NCBI GenBank assembly: GCA_903902895.1
Contig: CAIUWO010000617.1
Coordinates: forward strand, 1-52,819
Length of the DNA: 52,819 nt
Origin: Candidatus Hydrogenedentota bacterium
GTDB taxonomy: Bacteria > Hydrogenedentota > Hydrogenedentia > Hydrogenedentales > CAITNO01
Direction: 5' to 3'
The translations under genes were made by a program, and so were the position numbers. Under the pieces are notes generated by a model. That model was not told where the DNA came from and ran no database searches. It was given only the letters and a program-made list of their open reading frames with translations. Numbering within the stretch: the first letter of the stretch is position 1; every line of letters begins with the position of its first letter. This document shows positions 1 to 9,823 of this stretch, piece by piece.

Positions 1-1940
1 GAATAGTTGTTCGCGCCGTCGAGATACTGCACGCGCACCGTGTGGTTGCCCAGCCCCGTCGGCAGCGTGTGGGCGCGGGAAGCCTTGGGGTAGAGCCAAC
101 CGGTCCATGTGGAGCCGTTGTCGCTGAAGCGCATGCGCGCCACGCCGGCACCCGTGTCCGCCCAGTTCAGCTTCAGCGTGACCGACCGGGTCGTGGTGGT
201 CGATGCGCCGTTGTTGATGGTGACGCCGCCGGTGGGTGCCGACCGGTCGAGCCGGATGTAGTCGCTGAAAACGGCCGAACGGTTGTTCGCCTTGTCGATA
301 AACTGGACCCGAACAGTTCGGTATCCGTCATCGCCCACCGGAAGCGTGTACGACTTCGACGGCGTCAGGCTTTCATAGGTCGACCAGGTCGAACCGTCAT
401 CGCTGAAGCGCATGCGCGCCACGCCCGAACCGACCGTCCCGTCCGACCAGGTCATTGCGATCGTGACGGTCCGCGCGTTGGTGGTGGACCGGTTGCCGTT
501 AATCGTGATTGTGCCCGTGGGCGGTGTCGTATCGAACAGGTCCAGCCGCCACAGGTCGTTGATTTCAGAGGATGCCCAACCATTGTGATAGGCGGAGCCC
601 CCCAGGAGCCACGCCACACCCGAAGCGTCGACCCAGGCGGTCGCGGCTTCGCGCGCGCCGGGCGTGTTCGTCGGGGCCGGGGTTCCACACACGCCATGGG
701 CAGCGGGCTGTCGGTCCGTGGTGGCGCCTTTCATCCAGGTCCAGTTGCCGGTGGAAGGGGTGTATTTCCACACGTCGCTGAGCTGCCCGTCAACGCCCTC
801 CGCGCCCAGTCCCTCGCCGCCAAACAGCCACAGTGCTCCCGATGCGTCGGCCCACGACGTGGCCAAATACCGTCCGCCGGGGGTGTTTTCCGCCGCGGCC
901 GTTCCAATCGAGCCATAGACTCCGCCCTCATTGCCCGAGGAGGAGCCCTTCATCCAGGTCCAGTTCCCCGTGGAAGGCTCGTACTTCCACAAATCGTTCA
1001 GCATGCGGGCCTCACCGAAGCCGCCGAAAAGCCACAGCGCGCCCGATGCGTCCACCCAGGAAACCGCACCATAGCGCCCGCACGGCGTGTTTTCCGGCGC
1101 CGGCGTTCCCAGTGTGCCGTAGGTGCCATTCGGACTGTTTGTGGTGGCGCCTTTCATCCAGGTCCAGTTGCCGGTGGAGGGGGCGTACTTCCAAAGATCA
1201 TTGTGGCGAGCCATGCCGCTGGCAACACCGCCAAAGAGCCACAGCGCGCCTGAGACGTCGGTCCAGGTGACCGCCGACTGGCGCGCACCGGGGGTGTTGG
1301 CCGCTGCCGGCACCCCCTGGGTGCCGTAGGTCCCGGACTGACCGCCGGTTGAGGCCCCCTTCATCCAGGTCCAGTTGCCGGTGGCCGGGTTGTATTTCCA
1401 CAAGTCGTTGAGAAGAGACGCACTCCCGGCACTGTCGTAACCATAGCCGCCAAACAGCCAAAGCATTCCGGAGGCATCGGTCCATGAGACCGACGACTGG
1501 CGCGCGCCGGGTGTGTTTGCCGCCGCCGACACCCCTTGGCTGCCGTAACTGCCGCTTTGCTTGGCATTCTTGGAGCCCTTCATCCAGGCCCAAAATCCGG
1601 TGGTCCCGTCCCGCTTCCAAAGGTCGTTCAGTCCATAACTGCTAAAGAGGTTGTCGGTGCCAAAGCCGTAACCGCCGAAAACCCACGCATCGCCCGCGCT
1701 GTCGGTCCAGCTACAGGCAGAACTGCGTGCGCCGGGCATGTTCCCCGCCGCCGCAACCCCCAACGTGCCATAGACGCCAAGTGCGCCCCCCGTCGACGCG
1801 CCCCCCACCCAGGTCCATTGCACACTCCGCTCATCGGCCCGCACAGACTGCCCGCCCAGAAGGCAGGCACCGCCCAGCATCACCGCCAGCAGCCTTGCAG
1901 CGGCTGACATTCCGGTTCCGCACACACCACACTTTGCCAT
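1..1940 (-). CDS. Secreted Kelch-repeat beta-propeller protein with C-terminal tandem Ig-like domains (3' end runs off the window)
   Basis: Not in the ORF track; translated by hand from ATG 1940 (AAGGAG upstream). Signal-like N-terminus, six repeats of 'N(T)PGARxxAVSWTDASGALWLFGG...LNDLWKY.P.TGNWTWMKG', then two 'PTGxxTINxG..TT..R.VT....W.D.G.GVARMRFSD.GSTW...TVRVQ..D.ANN.S' repeats. Frame is open to position 3. Confidence 0.88.
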   Translation of the reverse strand, partial: MAKCGVCGTGMSAAARLLAVMLGGACLLGGQSVRADERSVQWTWVGGASTGGALGVYGTLGVAAAGNMPGARSSACSWTDSAGDAWVFGGYGFGTDNLFSSYGLNDLWKRDGTTGFWAWMKGSKNAKQSGSYGSQGVSAAANTPGARQSSVSWTDASGMLWLFGGYGYDSAGSASLLNDLWKYNPATGNWTWMKGASTGGQSGTYGTQGVPAAANTPGARQSAVTWTDVSGALWLFGGVASGMARHNDLWKYAPSTGNWTWMKGATTNSPNGTYGTLGTPAPENTPCGRYGAVSWVDASGALWLFGGFGEARMLNDLWKYEPSTGNWTWMKGSSSGNEGGVYGSIGTAAAENTPGGRYLATSWADASGALWLFGGEGLGAEGVDGQLSDVWKYTPSTGNWTWMKGATTDRQPAAHGVCGTPAPTNTPGAREAATAWVDASGVAWLLGGSAYHNGWASSEINDLWRLDLFDTTPPTGTITINGNRSTTNARTVTIAMTWSDGTVGSGVARMRFSDDGSTWSTYESLTPSKSYTLPVGDDGYRTVRVQFIDKANNRSAVFSDYIRLDRSAPTGGVTINNGASTTTTRSVTLKLNWADTGAGVARMRFSDNGSTWTGWLYPKASRAHTLPTGLGNHTVRVQYLDGANNY

Positions 1941-2257
1941 CACGGCGTACTCCTTCGTTCATTGCTACCCTGACGCCGTAACGCCTATGCAAACGTACAG
2001 TTCAGGCAACCACCACCTGCCGGTCCCTCCTCTGCGAAGTATACATAGGCCATTCACCTGAATCCATTAAAACCCGTTTTTCCAAAAAATCCGGACCCAC
2101 CCCCTCCCGGTGCGATACGGTTGCCAACGCGGTGAAATCGTCCCCTCTCCTTCACTTGGCGCTTTCTGAAAAAAATGATAGAATTACGTGGGGGCGGGAG
2201 AACTGTTCCCGCCCGAGGCAGATGGCATCCAACGATTGAACGCGCGGGAAAAACGCT

Positions 2258-4000
2258 ATGAAGCACGCATTCTTTGTTGTCACGCTGGCGCTGCTGGCTT
2301 CCCTCTCTGTGTCCTCCTGGGCGCAGGCGGCGCAAATCGCCCCGGTGAATCCGGAATTTTCGGCATGGCAGTCCAACAAGTCCGCGGGCGGTGAACGCTT
2401 CGGCTATGTGCCCTCGCCAATAGACTGGGCCAGCAGGCAGGCGCCTTCGGGCAAGGCCGCCCCCCCCGCCAGTTTCGACCTGCGCACGCAGAACCCCGCA
2501 GCCCTGACTTCGGTCAAGAACCAGGGTTCCTGCGGCGCCTGCTGGGCTTTCGACGCCTGCTCCGCGGCGGAAAGCTGGGCGCAGTGGAAACTTCCCCAGA
2601 CCCTGGACCTCTCCGAAAACAACATGAAGAACAACCACGGATTCCTGCTCCTCCCCTGCGACGGCGGCAACAACGACATGGCCACGGCCTACCTGTCGCG
2701 CGGTGCGGGACCCTTCCTGGAGGCGGACGACCCCTACAATGCCGGAACTGTAACCAACCCCGCCGCCGGGACAAAGCCAGTCAGTTACGTGAAATCGATG
2801 CCCGTCTTCACCCTTGGCGCGGACGGCGACCGCAGCGAGATACAGAACGCCATCATGACCCATGGCGCGCTGGCCGCGCGCATGATGTGGAATGACAACG
2901 CCTACAACGGCGGCACGAACACCTATTACTATCATGTCAGTTCCCCCGCCACCGACAGCGGCCATGCCATTGCGGTGGTCGGCTGGGACAACGCCAAGTC
3001 CGTTTCCAACGCCCCCGGTTTGGGCGCGTGGATTTGCAAGAACAGCTGGGGGCCCGGTTGGGGAGAAGGCGGGTTCTTTTACATCTCCTACTACGACACG
3101 GTGGCCGTCCGGGAAGTGCGCGCCTACATCAACCAGGTTCCGGCAGGCACCTACAGCCGTGTTTATCAGCATGACCCCCTCGGCGTGACGGGCTCGGCGG
3201 GCACGGGCGACACCTATGACTTCTGGGGCGCCAACGTCTTTACCGCCGCCGCCGACGGCCGCATCACCGGCGTTGGGACCTGGGCCAACGATTACAACAC
3301 CGCCTACCAGGTCATCGTGTACAAGTCCGGCTACAACAACGGCTTTTCCAGCCAGGCGGCCAATGTGAGCGGCACCACCGCACAGCCGGGGTATTTCGTG
3401 GTCGACCTGCCCACGCCGGTGGACATCACTTCGGGGCAGAAATTCTCCATCGCGGTGCGTTACTCAACGCCCGGCGACGTGTCCCCCCTCCCCCTGGAAA
3501 TGCCCTACACCGGCTATGCAAACGCCACCGCCACCGCCGGCCAGAGTTACATGAGCGACAACGGTTCAAACTGGCAGGACATCCCCGCCCAAGGCGGCAC
3601 GTGGGCAAACGCCAACGCCTGCATCAAGGCGCTCGTGCAGGAGGGACCGTACCCGGTTGAACTTAAAGTGTACGGACCCGGCCTGGTGCAGGTGGGCAGC
3701 ACGCTCAACTTCCGCGTGGTCGCGAAAAACCTCGTGGGCACGGCCACCTACCAGTGGAGGAAGAACCATCTCGACATCGACGGCGCCACGGAGGCAGCCT
3801 TCGCAATCCCCTTCGCCAACACCTACGACACCGGCACCTACACCGTGGTGGTGACCGACGGCAGCAAGGCCCCCTACGAGAGTGCCCCCTTCCACGTCGA
3901 GGTCCATCCCGCAGGTTCCCTGCCGGTGGCGGGCATGGCAGGGCTGGCCGCGCTGGTCGCCGCGCTGGCCACCCTCGGCGCGAAACGCCGCCGCGGGTAG
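2258..4000 (+). CDS. Secreted C1A (papain-like) cysteine peptidase with lectin-like and Ig domains and a C-terminal membrane/sorting tail
   Basis: Signal peptide; QGSCGACWAF, GHAIAVVGWD and WICKNSWG catalytic motifs; 'YQWRKN...IDGAT...DTGTYTVVV' Ig domain; ends LPVAG-hydrophobic-KRRRG. Confidence 0.93.
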   Translation: MKHAFFVVTLALLASLSVSSWAQAAQIAPVNPEFSAWQSNKSAGGERFGYVPSPIDWASRQAPSGKAAPPASFDLRTQNPAALTSVKNQGSCGACWAFDACSAAESWAQWKLPQTLDLSENNMKNNHGFLLLPCDGGNNDMATAYLSRGAGPFLEADDPYNAGTVTNPAAGTKPVSYVKSMPVFTLGADGDRSEIQNAIMTHGALAARMMWNDNAYNGGTNTYYYHVSSPATDSGHAIAVVGWDNAKSVSNAPGLGAWICKNSWGPGWGEGGFFYISYYDTVAVREVRAYINQVPAGTYSRVYQHDPLGVTGSAGTGDTYDFWGANVFTAAADGRITGVGTWANDYNTAYQVIVYKSGYNNGFSSQAANVSGTTAQPGYFVVDLPTPVDITSGQKFSIAVRYSTPGDVSPLPLEMPYTGYANATATAGQSYMSDNGSNWQDIPAQGGTWANANACIKALVQEGPYPVELKVYGPGLVQVGSTLNFRVVAKNLVGTATYQWRKNHLDIDGATEAAFAIPFANTYDTGTYTVVVTDGSKAPYESAPFHVEVHPAGSLPVAGMAGLAALVAALATLGAKRRRG

Positions 4001-4024
4001 ACACAACGCGCACATCCTTTCCTT

Positions 4025-4054
4025 GAAGCCGCCTTCGGGCGGCTTCTTTCATTT
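4025..4054 (+). terminator. Rho-independent terminator
   Basis: GAAGCCGCC-TTCG-GGCGGCTTC followed by TTTCATTT, 25 nt after the protease stop. Confidence 0.85.
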
Positions 4055-4119
4055 CCGCTGTTCCGCCCCGCTCCTCTATACTTCTTGGGCCCCCGCACTC
4101 AAACGGCAAAGGACAGTCT

Positions 4120-5868
4120 ATGAACCGTTTCTGGGTCCTCGGTTTCGTGTTCGCCGCATGCATGACAGGCACCGCCCACGGACAGGAGGGCACGCCCGGC
4201 TGGATCGACATCACCAAAGCGCCCTACAACGCCGTCGGCGACGGCGTCACGGACAACACCAAAGCCTTTCAGGACGCGCTGCACCGGGCGGGCGAGGGTT
4301 CGGGCGGAACGGTGTTCGTCCCGCGCGGCCAATACCTCATCACCGGCAACCTGCGTTTTCGTCCCAACGTCACGCTGCTCGGCACATGGGAGTTCACACC
4401 CCACTCGTACACCTTTTTCGGCGACGGCAAGGAGCCGCTGCCCGGCTCGGTGCTGCTGGCCACGGCGGGTGAGGGCAGCGCCGAGGGTGCGCCGTTCATT
4501 TCGCTCCACACCAACTGCGCCGTCAAGGGCCTGATCATCTTCTACCCGAACCAGACCCGCACCAACCCGCCCAAGGCCTACCCGTGGACCATCGCCTCCA
4601 CCGAAGGCGGCGCCGACCACTGCACCGTGCGCGACACGCTGCTGGTCAACCCCTACCAGGCCATCGATTTCGGCACCAACCCGTCGGGCCGCCACTGCAT
4701 CCAGAACGTCTACATGCACCCGCTCTACCGCGGCATCTACATCGACAAGTGCTACGACATCGGCCGCATCGAGAACGTGCACGTGTGGCCCTTCTGGGGC
4801 TACACCGGCGACGACGACCCCATAGGCCAGTTCGTCACCGCCAACGCCGAGGCGTTCATCTTCGGCCGCACCGACTGGGAATATGTGTCCAATTGCTTTG
4901 CCATCTTCTACAAGGTCGGGTTCCACTTCATCAAGACCGCCGCGGGCGCGCCCAATGTGCTCATCACCCAGAGCGGCGCCGACATCTGCCCCAGCGCCGT
5001 GCTCGTCGAGGACTGCCAGAGCCACGCGGGGGTGTCCTTCACCAACTGCCAGATGTTCGGGCGCATCGTTGTGCCCGAAAGCAACACCGGCCCGGTCCGC
5101 TTCACCGCCAGCGGCTTCTTCGGTTCGTCACGCGAGAAGCCCTTCATGGAACCGACCCACGCCGACCTGCGCGGCAAGGGCCACGTGTCCTTTGACAACT
5201 GCCACTTCATCACGCTCGACCCGCTCAACACTGGCACGGTGAACCTGCGCGCCTCGGGCGGCACCTTTGCGGTCAACAACTGCCTCTTCATGGACACGGG
5301 CCGCACCCAGGTTCTCGCTGAAGCGTCCTGCGCGGGCGGTATCGTGCTCGGCAACACCTTCCAGGGAAAGACCAGCATCGAAAACCGCATCGGCGAGCGG
5401 CTGCAGCAGGGCTTCAACCTCGACCAGGCCCCCAGGGAGGAACCTGGCGCCATCGTTATCGATGACGCGACCAGCGGCGACGCCTTCAAGACCACCGGAG
5501 ACTGGTACATTGGCAAGGGAGGAGGCGACTATGCCGGCGTGCTGCACTGGGCAAAGAAGGGCGCGGGCGAGGCAACAGCCTCCTGGCAACCCGACATCCC
5601 TGAGGCCGGCGCCTATGCGGTCTACATATGGTACGGCGGCGACCCCTACGACAACCACGCCACCGGCGCCCCCTTCACCGTGGACTACAAGAAGGGCACA
5701 GAGACCGTATCGCGGCAGTTCCCCGTCAACCTCAAAGAGCATTCCGGCGACTGGCAACTGCTCGGTGAATTCCCCTTGGAGCCCGGCACGTCCGTTACCG
5801 TCTCCCTCACCAACGCCGCCAACGACAACGTCGTCGCCGATGCCGTGAAATTCGTGAAGGTGAAGTAG
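4120..5868 (+). CDS. Secreted pectate-lyase-3/GH28-like beta-helix protein with C-terminal golvesin/xanthan-lyase-type CBM
   Basis: 'YNAVGDGVTDNTKAFQDAL...GGTVFVPRGQYLI' N-terminal motif; C-terminal 'IVIDD...GAYAVYIWY...WQLLGEF...VVADAVKFVK' domain. Confidence 0.85.
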   Translation: MNRFWVLGFVFAACMTGTAHGQEGTPGWIDITKAPYNAVGDGVTDNTKAFQDALHRAGEGSGGTVFVPRGQYLITGNLRFRPNVTLLGTWEFTPHSYTFFGDGKEPLPGSVLLATAGEGSAEGAPFISLHTNCAVKGLIIFYPNQTRTNPPKAYPWTIASTEGGADHCTVRDTLLVNPYQAIDFGTNPSGRHCIQNVYMHPLYRGIYIDKCYDIGRIENVHVWPFWGYTGDDDPIGQFVTANAEAFIFGRTDWEYVSNCFAIFYKVGFHFIKTAAGAPNVLITQSGADICPSAVLVEDCQSHAGVSFTNCQMFGRIVVPESNTGPVRFTASGFFGSSREKPFMEPTHADLRGKGHVSFDNCHFITLDPLNTGTVNLRASGGTFAVNNCLFMDTGRTQVLAEASCAGGIVLGNTFQGKTSIENRIGERLQQGFNLDQAPREEPGAIVIDDATSGDAFKTTGDWYIGKGGGDYAGVLHWAKKGAGEATASWQPDIPEAGAYAVYIWYGGDPYDNHATGAPFTVDYKKGTETVSRQFPVNLKEHSGDWQLLGEFPLEPGTSVTVSLTNAANDNVVADAVKFVKVK

Positions 5869-5899
5869 TCCGGCAGGGCGCCCGGAGCGACTCAGACGG

Positions 5900-5923
5900 G
5901 AAGCGGCTGGAAGCCGCTTCTCC
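5900..5923 (-). repeat. REP-like palindrome (GGAG-AAGCGGC-TTCCA-GCCGCTTC)
   Basis: Intergenic hairpin; same GGCTTCCAGCC core as the repeat at 31107-31132. Confidence 0.55.
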
Positions 5924-6202
5924 GATGGGACGGTCGGAAAATCTGGTTGTGTCGGTGAAGCAACGCGAGTACCACCGTGCCTTCGCCGTCGGAGGACGGT
6001 GGGTTCCGTTCCGTTCCGCCCCTCCGCACCCGCCAGGGGCCGCCTGTCTATCCAGCCCCCGTTTGAGGAACCTCTTTTCATGCAGGAAACCCAACCGCGT
6101 CTTGACGGGTCCAAATGAGCACGGGTTTCAAATGGACCAAATGGACGGCTGTGGGCCCAAATTGCGGCCGACAGTCTGAAAACAACCGAAAGGGACTGAC
6201 AA

Positions 6203-7051
6203 ATGCGAAGAATCGCCCTGTTGACGATATGTGTTGTGCTGCTTTGCCTCGGCGCGGCGCAGGCGCAGAAATGCATCACCGAGAATCCTGACCAGGCGGT
6301 GGAACAGCTTCTGTTCTTCCACCTGGTGCAGCAGGCCGACTTGGATTCCGCCAGCCTGGTGGACGTTCTTGACGGTTACAAAATGTATCACGCGACCATG
6401 GACGCGATGCTGGCAAACCGCGCCACACTGACCAATGAAATCAAGGAAGCCGTCGCCGCGAACAAGGGCGGCTACGAGTTGAAAGGCAAGCTTGATTCCC
6501 TGATGAGCCTGGATCAGAAGATCCTCGCGGCCAACCAGGAGGCCGTCCGGGAGGCGGCGTCGCTGGTGAGCCCGATGGTGCAGGCCCAACTGTACCTGCT
6601 GGTCTCCAACCGTGACAGCGTGATTGCCGAGGCGCGCGCCGCCCTGGTGGGCACGCCAGTATGCGCCAAAGCGGCGGCCGAAGCGGCTCCGGCGGCGGTG
6701 AAAGAGCAGGCTCCCGAGGAGATTGCCCTGGCCGGTGTGAAGACCTTTGTCGAAAAACTGTCCGCGAAAGATGTCAAGACCGCCATGGCGATGGTTTCGG
6801 ACAAGTTCGAAAACGCCGAATACGGCGACAAGGCCGGGCTGCAGATGTTTCTTGAAAGCGCCTCGGACGCGGGCTATCTGGACGACATCGAAGTGGACAT
6901 GAAGGACGCCAAGGTGAAAGTGAACGGCGATTCGGCCACGGTCTACCCCATTGACATCAACGGTTCTTTCGGCAGCGCGACCCTGGAGGTTGTGTGCGGC
7001 AAGGCGGACGGAACATGGAAGCTCACCGGCCTGGAAATCTCAGGAATCTAA
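6203..7051 (+). CDS. Exported hypothetical protein with helical N-domain and C-terminal NTF2/SnoaL-like domain
   Basis: Signal peptide (AQA), host-like codon use; C-terminus '...AKVKVNGDSATV...GTWKLTG' fits the NTF2-like pattern. Confidence 0.75.
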   Translation: MRRIALLTICVVLLCLGAAQAQKCITENPDQAVEQLLFFHLVQQADLDSASLVDVLDGYKMYHATMDAMLANRATLTNEIKEAVAANKGGYELKGKLDSLMSLDQKILAANQEAVREAASLVSPMVQAQLYLLVSNRDSVIAEARAALVGTPVCAKAAAEAAPAAVKEQAPEEIALAGVKTFVEKLSAKDVKTAMAMVSDKFENAEYGDKAGLQMFLESASDAGYLDDIEVDMKDAKVKVNGDSATVYPIDINGSFGSATLEVVCGKADGTWKLTGLEISGI

Positions 7052-7250
7052 CCCCCGTTTCATGACATAACGCGGACGGTTTCGGTTCCCCGAACCGGAA
7101 CGCCATACGATTTGCGGCGCGCCGCAGTGGACCATCCCGGGAAACTGCGGCGCGCCTGCATGTGCCGGGAACACGCGGGCGCGGATGGCGTTGACGACAG
7201 CAAGCGCCATTCTGGGATTCTGGCGCAAACGCATCGGGAACGAAAGGTCG

Positions 7251-9062
7251 TCAGAATCCCGTATTCCCCACGGCGGTGATGGTGTCGGCCATATTGCTGG
7301 CCGAAAGCTCCAGCACCGTCTTGCAGCCCGCGCCCTGCCGGGCCTGCTCCGCCTGGTTGCCCTCGATGCGGATGTTGCGGCTGCTTTCGATGTGGATGGC
7401 CGCCGTTGCCTTGGCGTGGGTGGGTTGGTCGCACACGCCGATGATTTCATTGCCGCGAATGACGGCGGTGTCCGTGCCCGTGACGAATATGGCAGCGTTG
7501 TCGGAGCGGTCGATCTTGTTGTTCTCAATGGTAATGTCGCGAAACACCCCCGGCAGCGGCGCGTCCTTCCAGCCGGGCGTGATGCCCTCGATGGAAATCA
7601 CGCCGCGCGCCATGGCCGCGCCGTAATTGCAGTGCTCAAAGCTGTTGTTGCGCAGGACCACCTGGCGCGCCGGAATGCTCTCGTAGAAATGGACCGTTTC
7701 GGCGATGATCAACACGCCCGCCGAGGTGATGTCCTTGAACGTACATCCCTCAACCACGGTGTCGCGGATTTGGATGAGCATGCCCCGCGCGCGGTTGCGC
7801 TGAAATGTGCAGTTCGAGATGCGCGCGCGGGGGAGCTTGGACGCGTTCGCCAGCATGTCGCCCGGCTTCACCTCCTTGGGCATGGGTTCTTCAAACGCGA
7901 TGCGATGCGTTTTGCCGTCCGGTTCCAAGGTTGCCGTCTGCACCTTGACCGTGCCGTAGGCGAGAAGCGTGTCCTGCGGCGTCAGTTCCATCACGTCGCC
8001 GGGGTCGGGCATGGACTGCATGTTGAGGTTGTGCCGGGCCAGCACGGTCCGCTCGTCCACAATCTGCTCGATGTTGAGAAAGAGACCGCTCTTCATGTTG
8101 ATGGCGTCGTCGCCCTGGCCGTCAAAGAGACAGTTTCGAACGATGATGTCCCCCGTGCATCCGCCAAAATGAGAGCCGTCGGCGGTGGCCGAAATCAGCC
8201 TGCGCGTGCCGGGCTTGGGCTGCACCGTGCACCTGTCAAGGGTAACGTTTTCTGTGTTGACCCCTATGAAGGCCATGCCGGGGCAGGTGTAAACGGTGAT
8301 GTCCTGAAAGGTCACATCTTTGCAACGGCTCGCGACAAAGGCGTTGTATGCATACACCTGGTGCCGCAACACGGCCACTTTGCCCACGGTGATCGGCGCG
8401 TGCTCAAACGCCGTGAGCACGCGCAGCACTTGGGGACGGACCAGTTCGGTCCGCATCGGATTCTCAAGACAGTAGAAGTCCAGTCCATGGCGGCAGGGCA
8501 GCCCCGTGTCCGGCTCGTAATCCATCATCGCCTGCACCGTCTCCCCCCCCTGAACGGGGAACTCCGGAAACACGTCCACCTCGAACCAGTGGTCCCCCGT
8601 GGCGGTTATGGTGCCGACGGAGAAAGGCGGGCGCTCCCAGTCGATCACGATGCCTTTTACCGTTATGTCGGACCCGTTGGAAAAGAGGAAACACCCGAGT
8701 ATCCCGTGGAAGACAAACTCCGACCCCTGGCCGTCGATGACAACGCCGTGCATGTCGGCAACCGGCAGGCTCATGCGCGGGGAATTCGGGTTGGCCCCCT
8801 CATGGAAGTCGTAGCGCCCCTTGGGAAACACCACGCCCCGCGCCTTTTCCGCTTTGCATTTGTCGAAGGCCGCCAGCACGGCCAGCGTGTCGTCCTGGCC
8901 GTCATTGGGCACCGCGCCCGTGGCGGACACGTCAATGGGCGCGGGCCCATCCGGTTGGGCCGCGACGGACTGTGACAGTCCAAGACCAATCAGCAGAAAC
9001 ACCATGAATAGGGCGGCGTTTCGGCGGGTCTGCGCAAGACGGTTCGCGTGTTGAAAACTCAA
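7251..9062 (-). CDS. Right-handed beta-helix glycosidase, GH110 (alpha-1,3-galactosidase)-like
   Basis: 'GAVPNDGQDDT', 'ADGSHFGGCTGDIIVRNCLFDGQGDDAIN' and 'NRARGMLI' motifs; TTG start with GGGAG RBS; signal peptide. Confidence 0.8.
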   Translation of the reverse strand: MSFQHANRLAQTRRNAALFMVFLLIGLGLSQSVAAQPDGPAPIDVSATGAVPNDGQDDTLAVLAAFDKCKAEKARGVVFPKGRYDFHEGANPNSPRMSLPVADMHGVVIDGQGSEFVFHGILGCFLFSNGSDITVKGIVIDWERPPFSVGTITATGDHWFEVDVFPEFPVQGGETVQAMMDYEPDTGLPCRHGLDFYCLENPMRTELVRPQVLRVLTAFEHAPITVGKVAVLRHQVYAYNAFVASRCKDVTFQDITVYTCPGMAFIGVNTENVTLDRCTVQPKPGTRRLISATADGSHFGGCTGDIIVRNCLFDGQGDDAINMKSGLFLNIEQIVDERTVLARHNLNMQSMPDPGDVMELTPQDTLLAYGTVKVQTATLEPDGKTHRIAFEEPMPKEVKPGDMLANASKLPRARISNCTFQRNRARGMLIQIRDTVVEGCTFKDITSAGVLIIAETVHFYESIPARQVVLRNNSFEHCNYGAAMARGVISIEGITPGWKDAPLPGVFRDITIENNKIDRSDNAAIFVTGTDTAVIRGNEIIGVCDQPTHAKATAAIHIESSRNIRIEGNQAEQARQGAGCKTVLELSASNMADTITAVGNTGF

Positions 9063-9111
9063 GCTGCTTCTCCCAAGAGCCTTTCCGGTGACAGGCCCGT
9101 GTCAAAACAAT

Positions 9112-9135
9112 GTGGGACAGGCGCCCCCGCCTGTC
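9112..9135 (+). repeat. GTGG-type REP-like palindrome
   Basis: GTGG-GACAGGCG-CCCC-CGCCTGTC at the left edge of the R-M cassette. Confidence 0.55.
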
Positions 9136-9219
9136 GTCCCTTGGGCGTCCGCCAAAGGTCGATGTCGGCCCATACCTTCGATTACCGCGAAAACCCAGCG
9201 CTTTCTCCGCAACATTCCA

Positions 9220-9795
9220 TCACTTCTTGGAATCCCCAAACTTCCTGCGAAGCCACTCATAAACGGCCATCTGCTCATCTTGACCTGCCCGCCTGATTTG
9301 AGACAGCAGCCAGATTGCACTGGCTTTCTCCGACGTAATGTTCTTTGCACCTTGATTGCAGGTCGAGCAGAGCGCCCTCAGATTCGACAACTCGTCCTTA
9401 CCGCCAAGCGTCTTGTCTTTGATGTGGCCGATATGGAGCCTAACCTTCCGATTTGTAGATGGGTCAATCTCGCCGGGAGTAAGCCCGCACATCTGACACG
9501 TAAATCCATTACGGTCTAAGACTTCTGCTCGAAGACGGGCGGAGATGGAACGCGAAAACTGAGGAAGGGTTTTTCCGGCGGGTATCTCGCGCAGGAGGTA
9601 TTGCCCCGGCTTCAGGTCAGTGGTGTCATTGTGCGATAGAATAGGCCAACCTTCTTCATCTCGAAGTTCGCGCAAGCGGCGGCTATATTGGACTGCGCCA
9701 TCGGCAGCGGTCTGCAATTCATGGGATTCAATGACGCGTCCTATGTTCGCAAGCAAAAATCTTCTAACCTTCTCTTTAGAACCTATGCCCCTCAT
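9220..9795 (-). CDS. HNH endonuclease, putative type II restriction enzyme
   Basis: Start reassigned to ATG 9795 (AAGGA RBS; avoids overlap with the MTase). CQMC...HIGH...GG.DELSNLRALCSTCN zinc/HNH motif; lies directly downstream of a C5 MTase. Confidence 0.85.
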   Translation of the reverse strand: MRGIGSKEKVRRFLLANIGRVIESHELQTAADGAVQYSRRLRELRDEEGWPILSHNDTTDLKPGQYLLREIPAGKTLPQFSRSISARLRAEVLDRNGFTCQMCGLTPGEIDPSTNRKVRLHIGHIKDKTLGGKDELSNLRALCSTCNQGAKNITSEKASAIWLLSQIRRAGQDEQMAVYEWLRRKFGDSKK

Positions 9796-9823
9796 TATGT
9801 CATCCTTCTTATGTAACTTGGGA

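Noticed and set aside
42-1253. 403-aa plus-strand ORF
   Set aside because: Antisense shadow of the minus-strand Kelch gene; its repeats mirror the Kelch repeats.
540-1830. Recurring TTCATCCAGGTCCAGTT units as a possible CRISPR or non-coding array
   Set aside because: Spacing is about 200 bp and the units encode the NWTWMK motif of Kelch blades.
7185-8975. 596-aa plus-strand ORF (likewise 13271-14791, 31318-33993, 35194-36711, 45382-47583, 47729-49291)
   Set aside because: Antisense shadows of well-supported minus-strand genes, expected in GC-rich DNA; no recognisable motifs.
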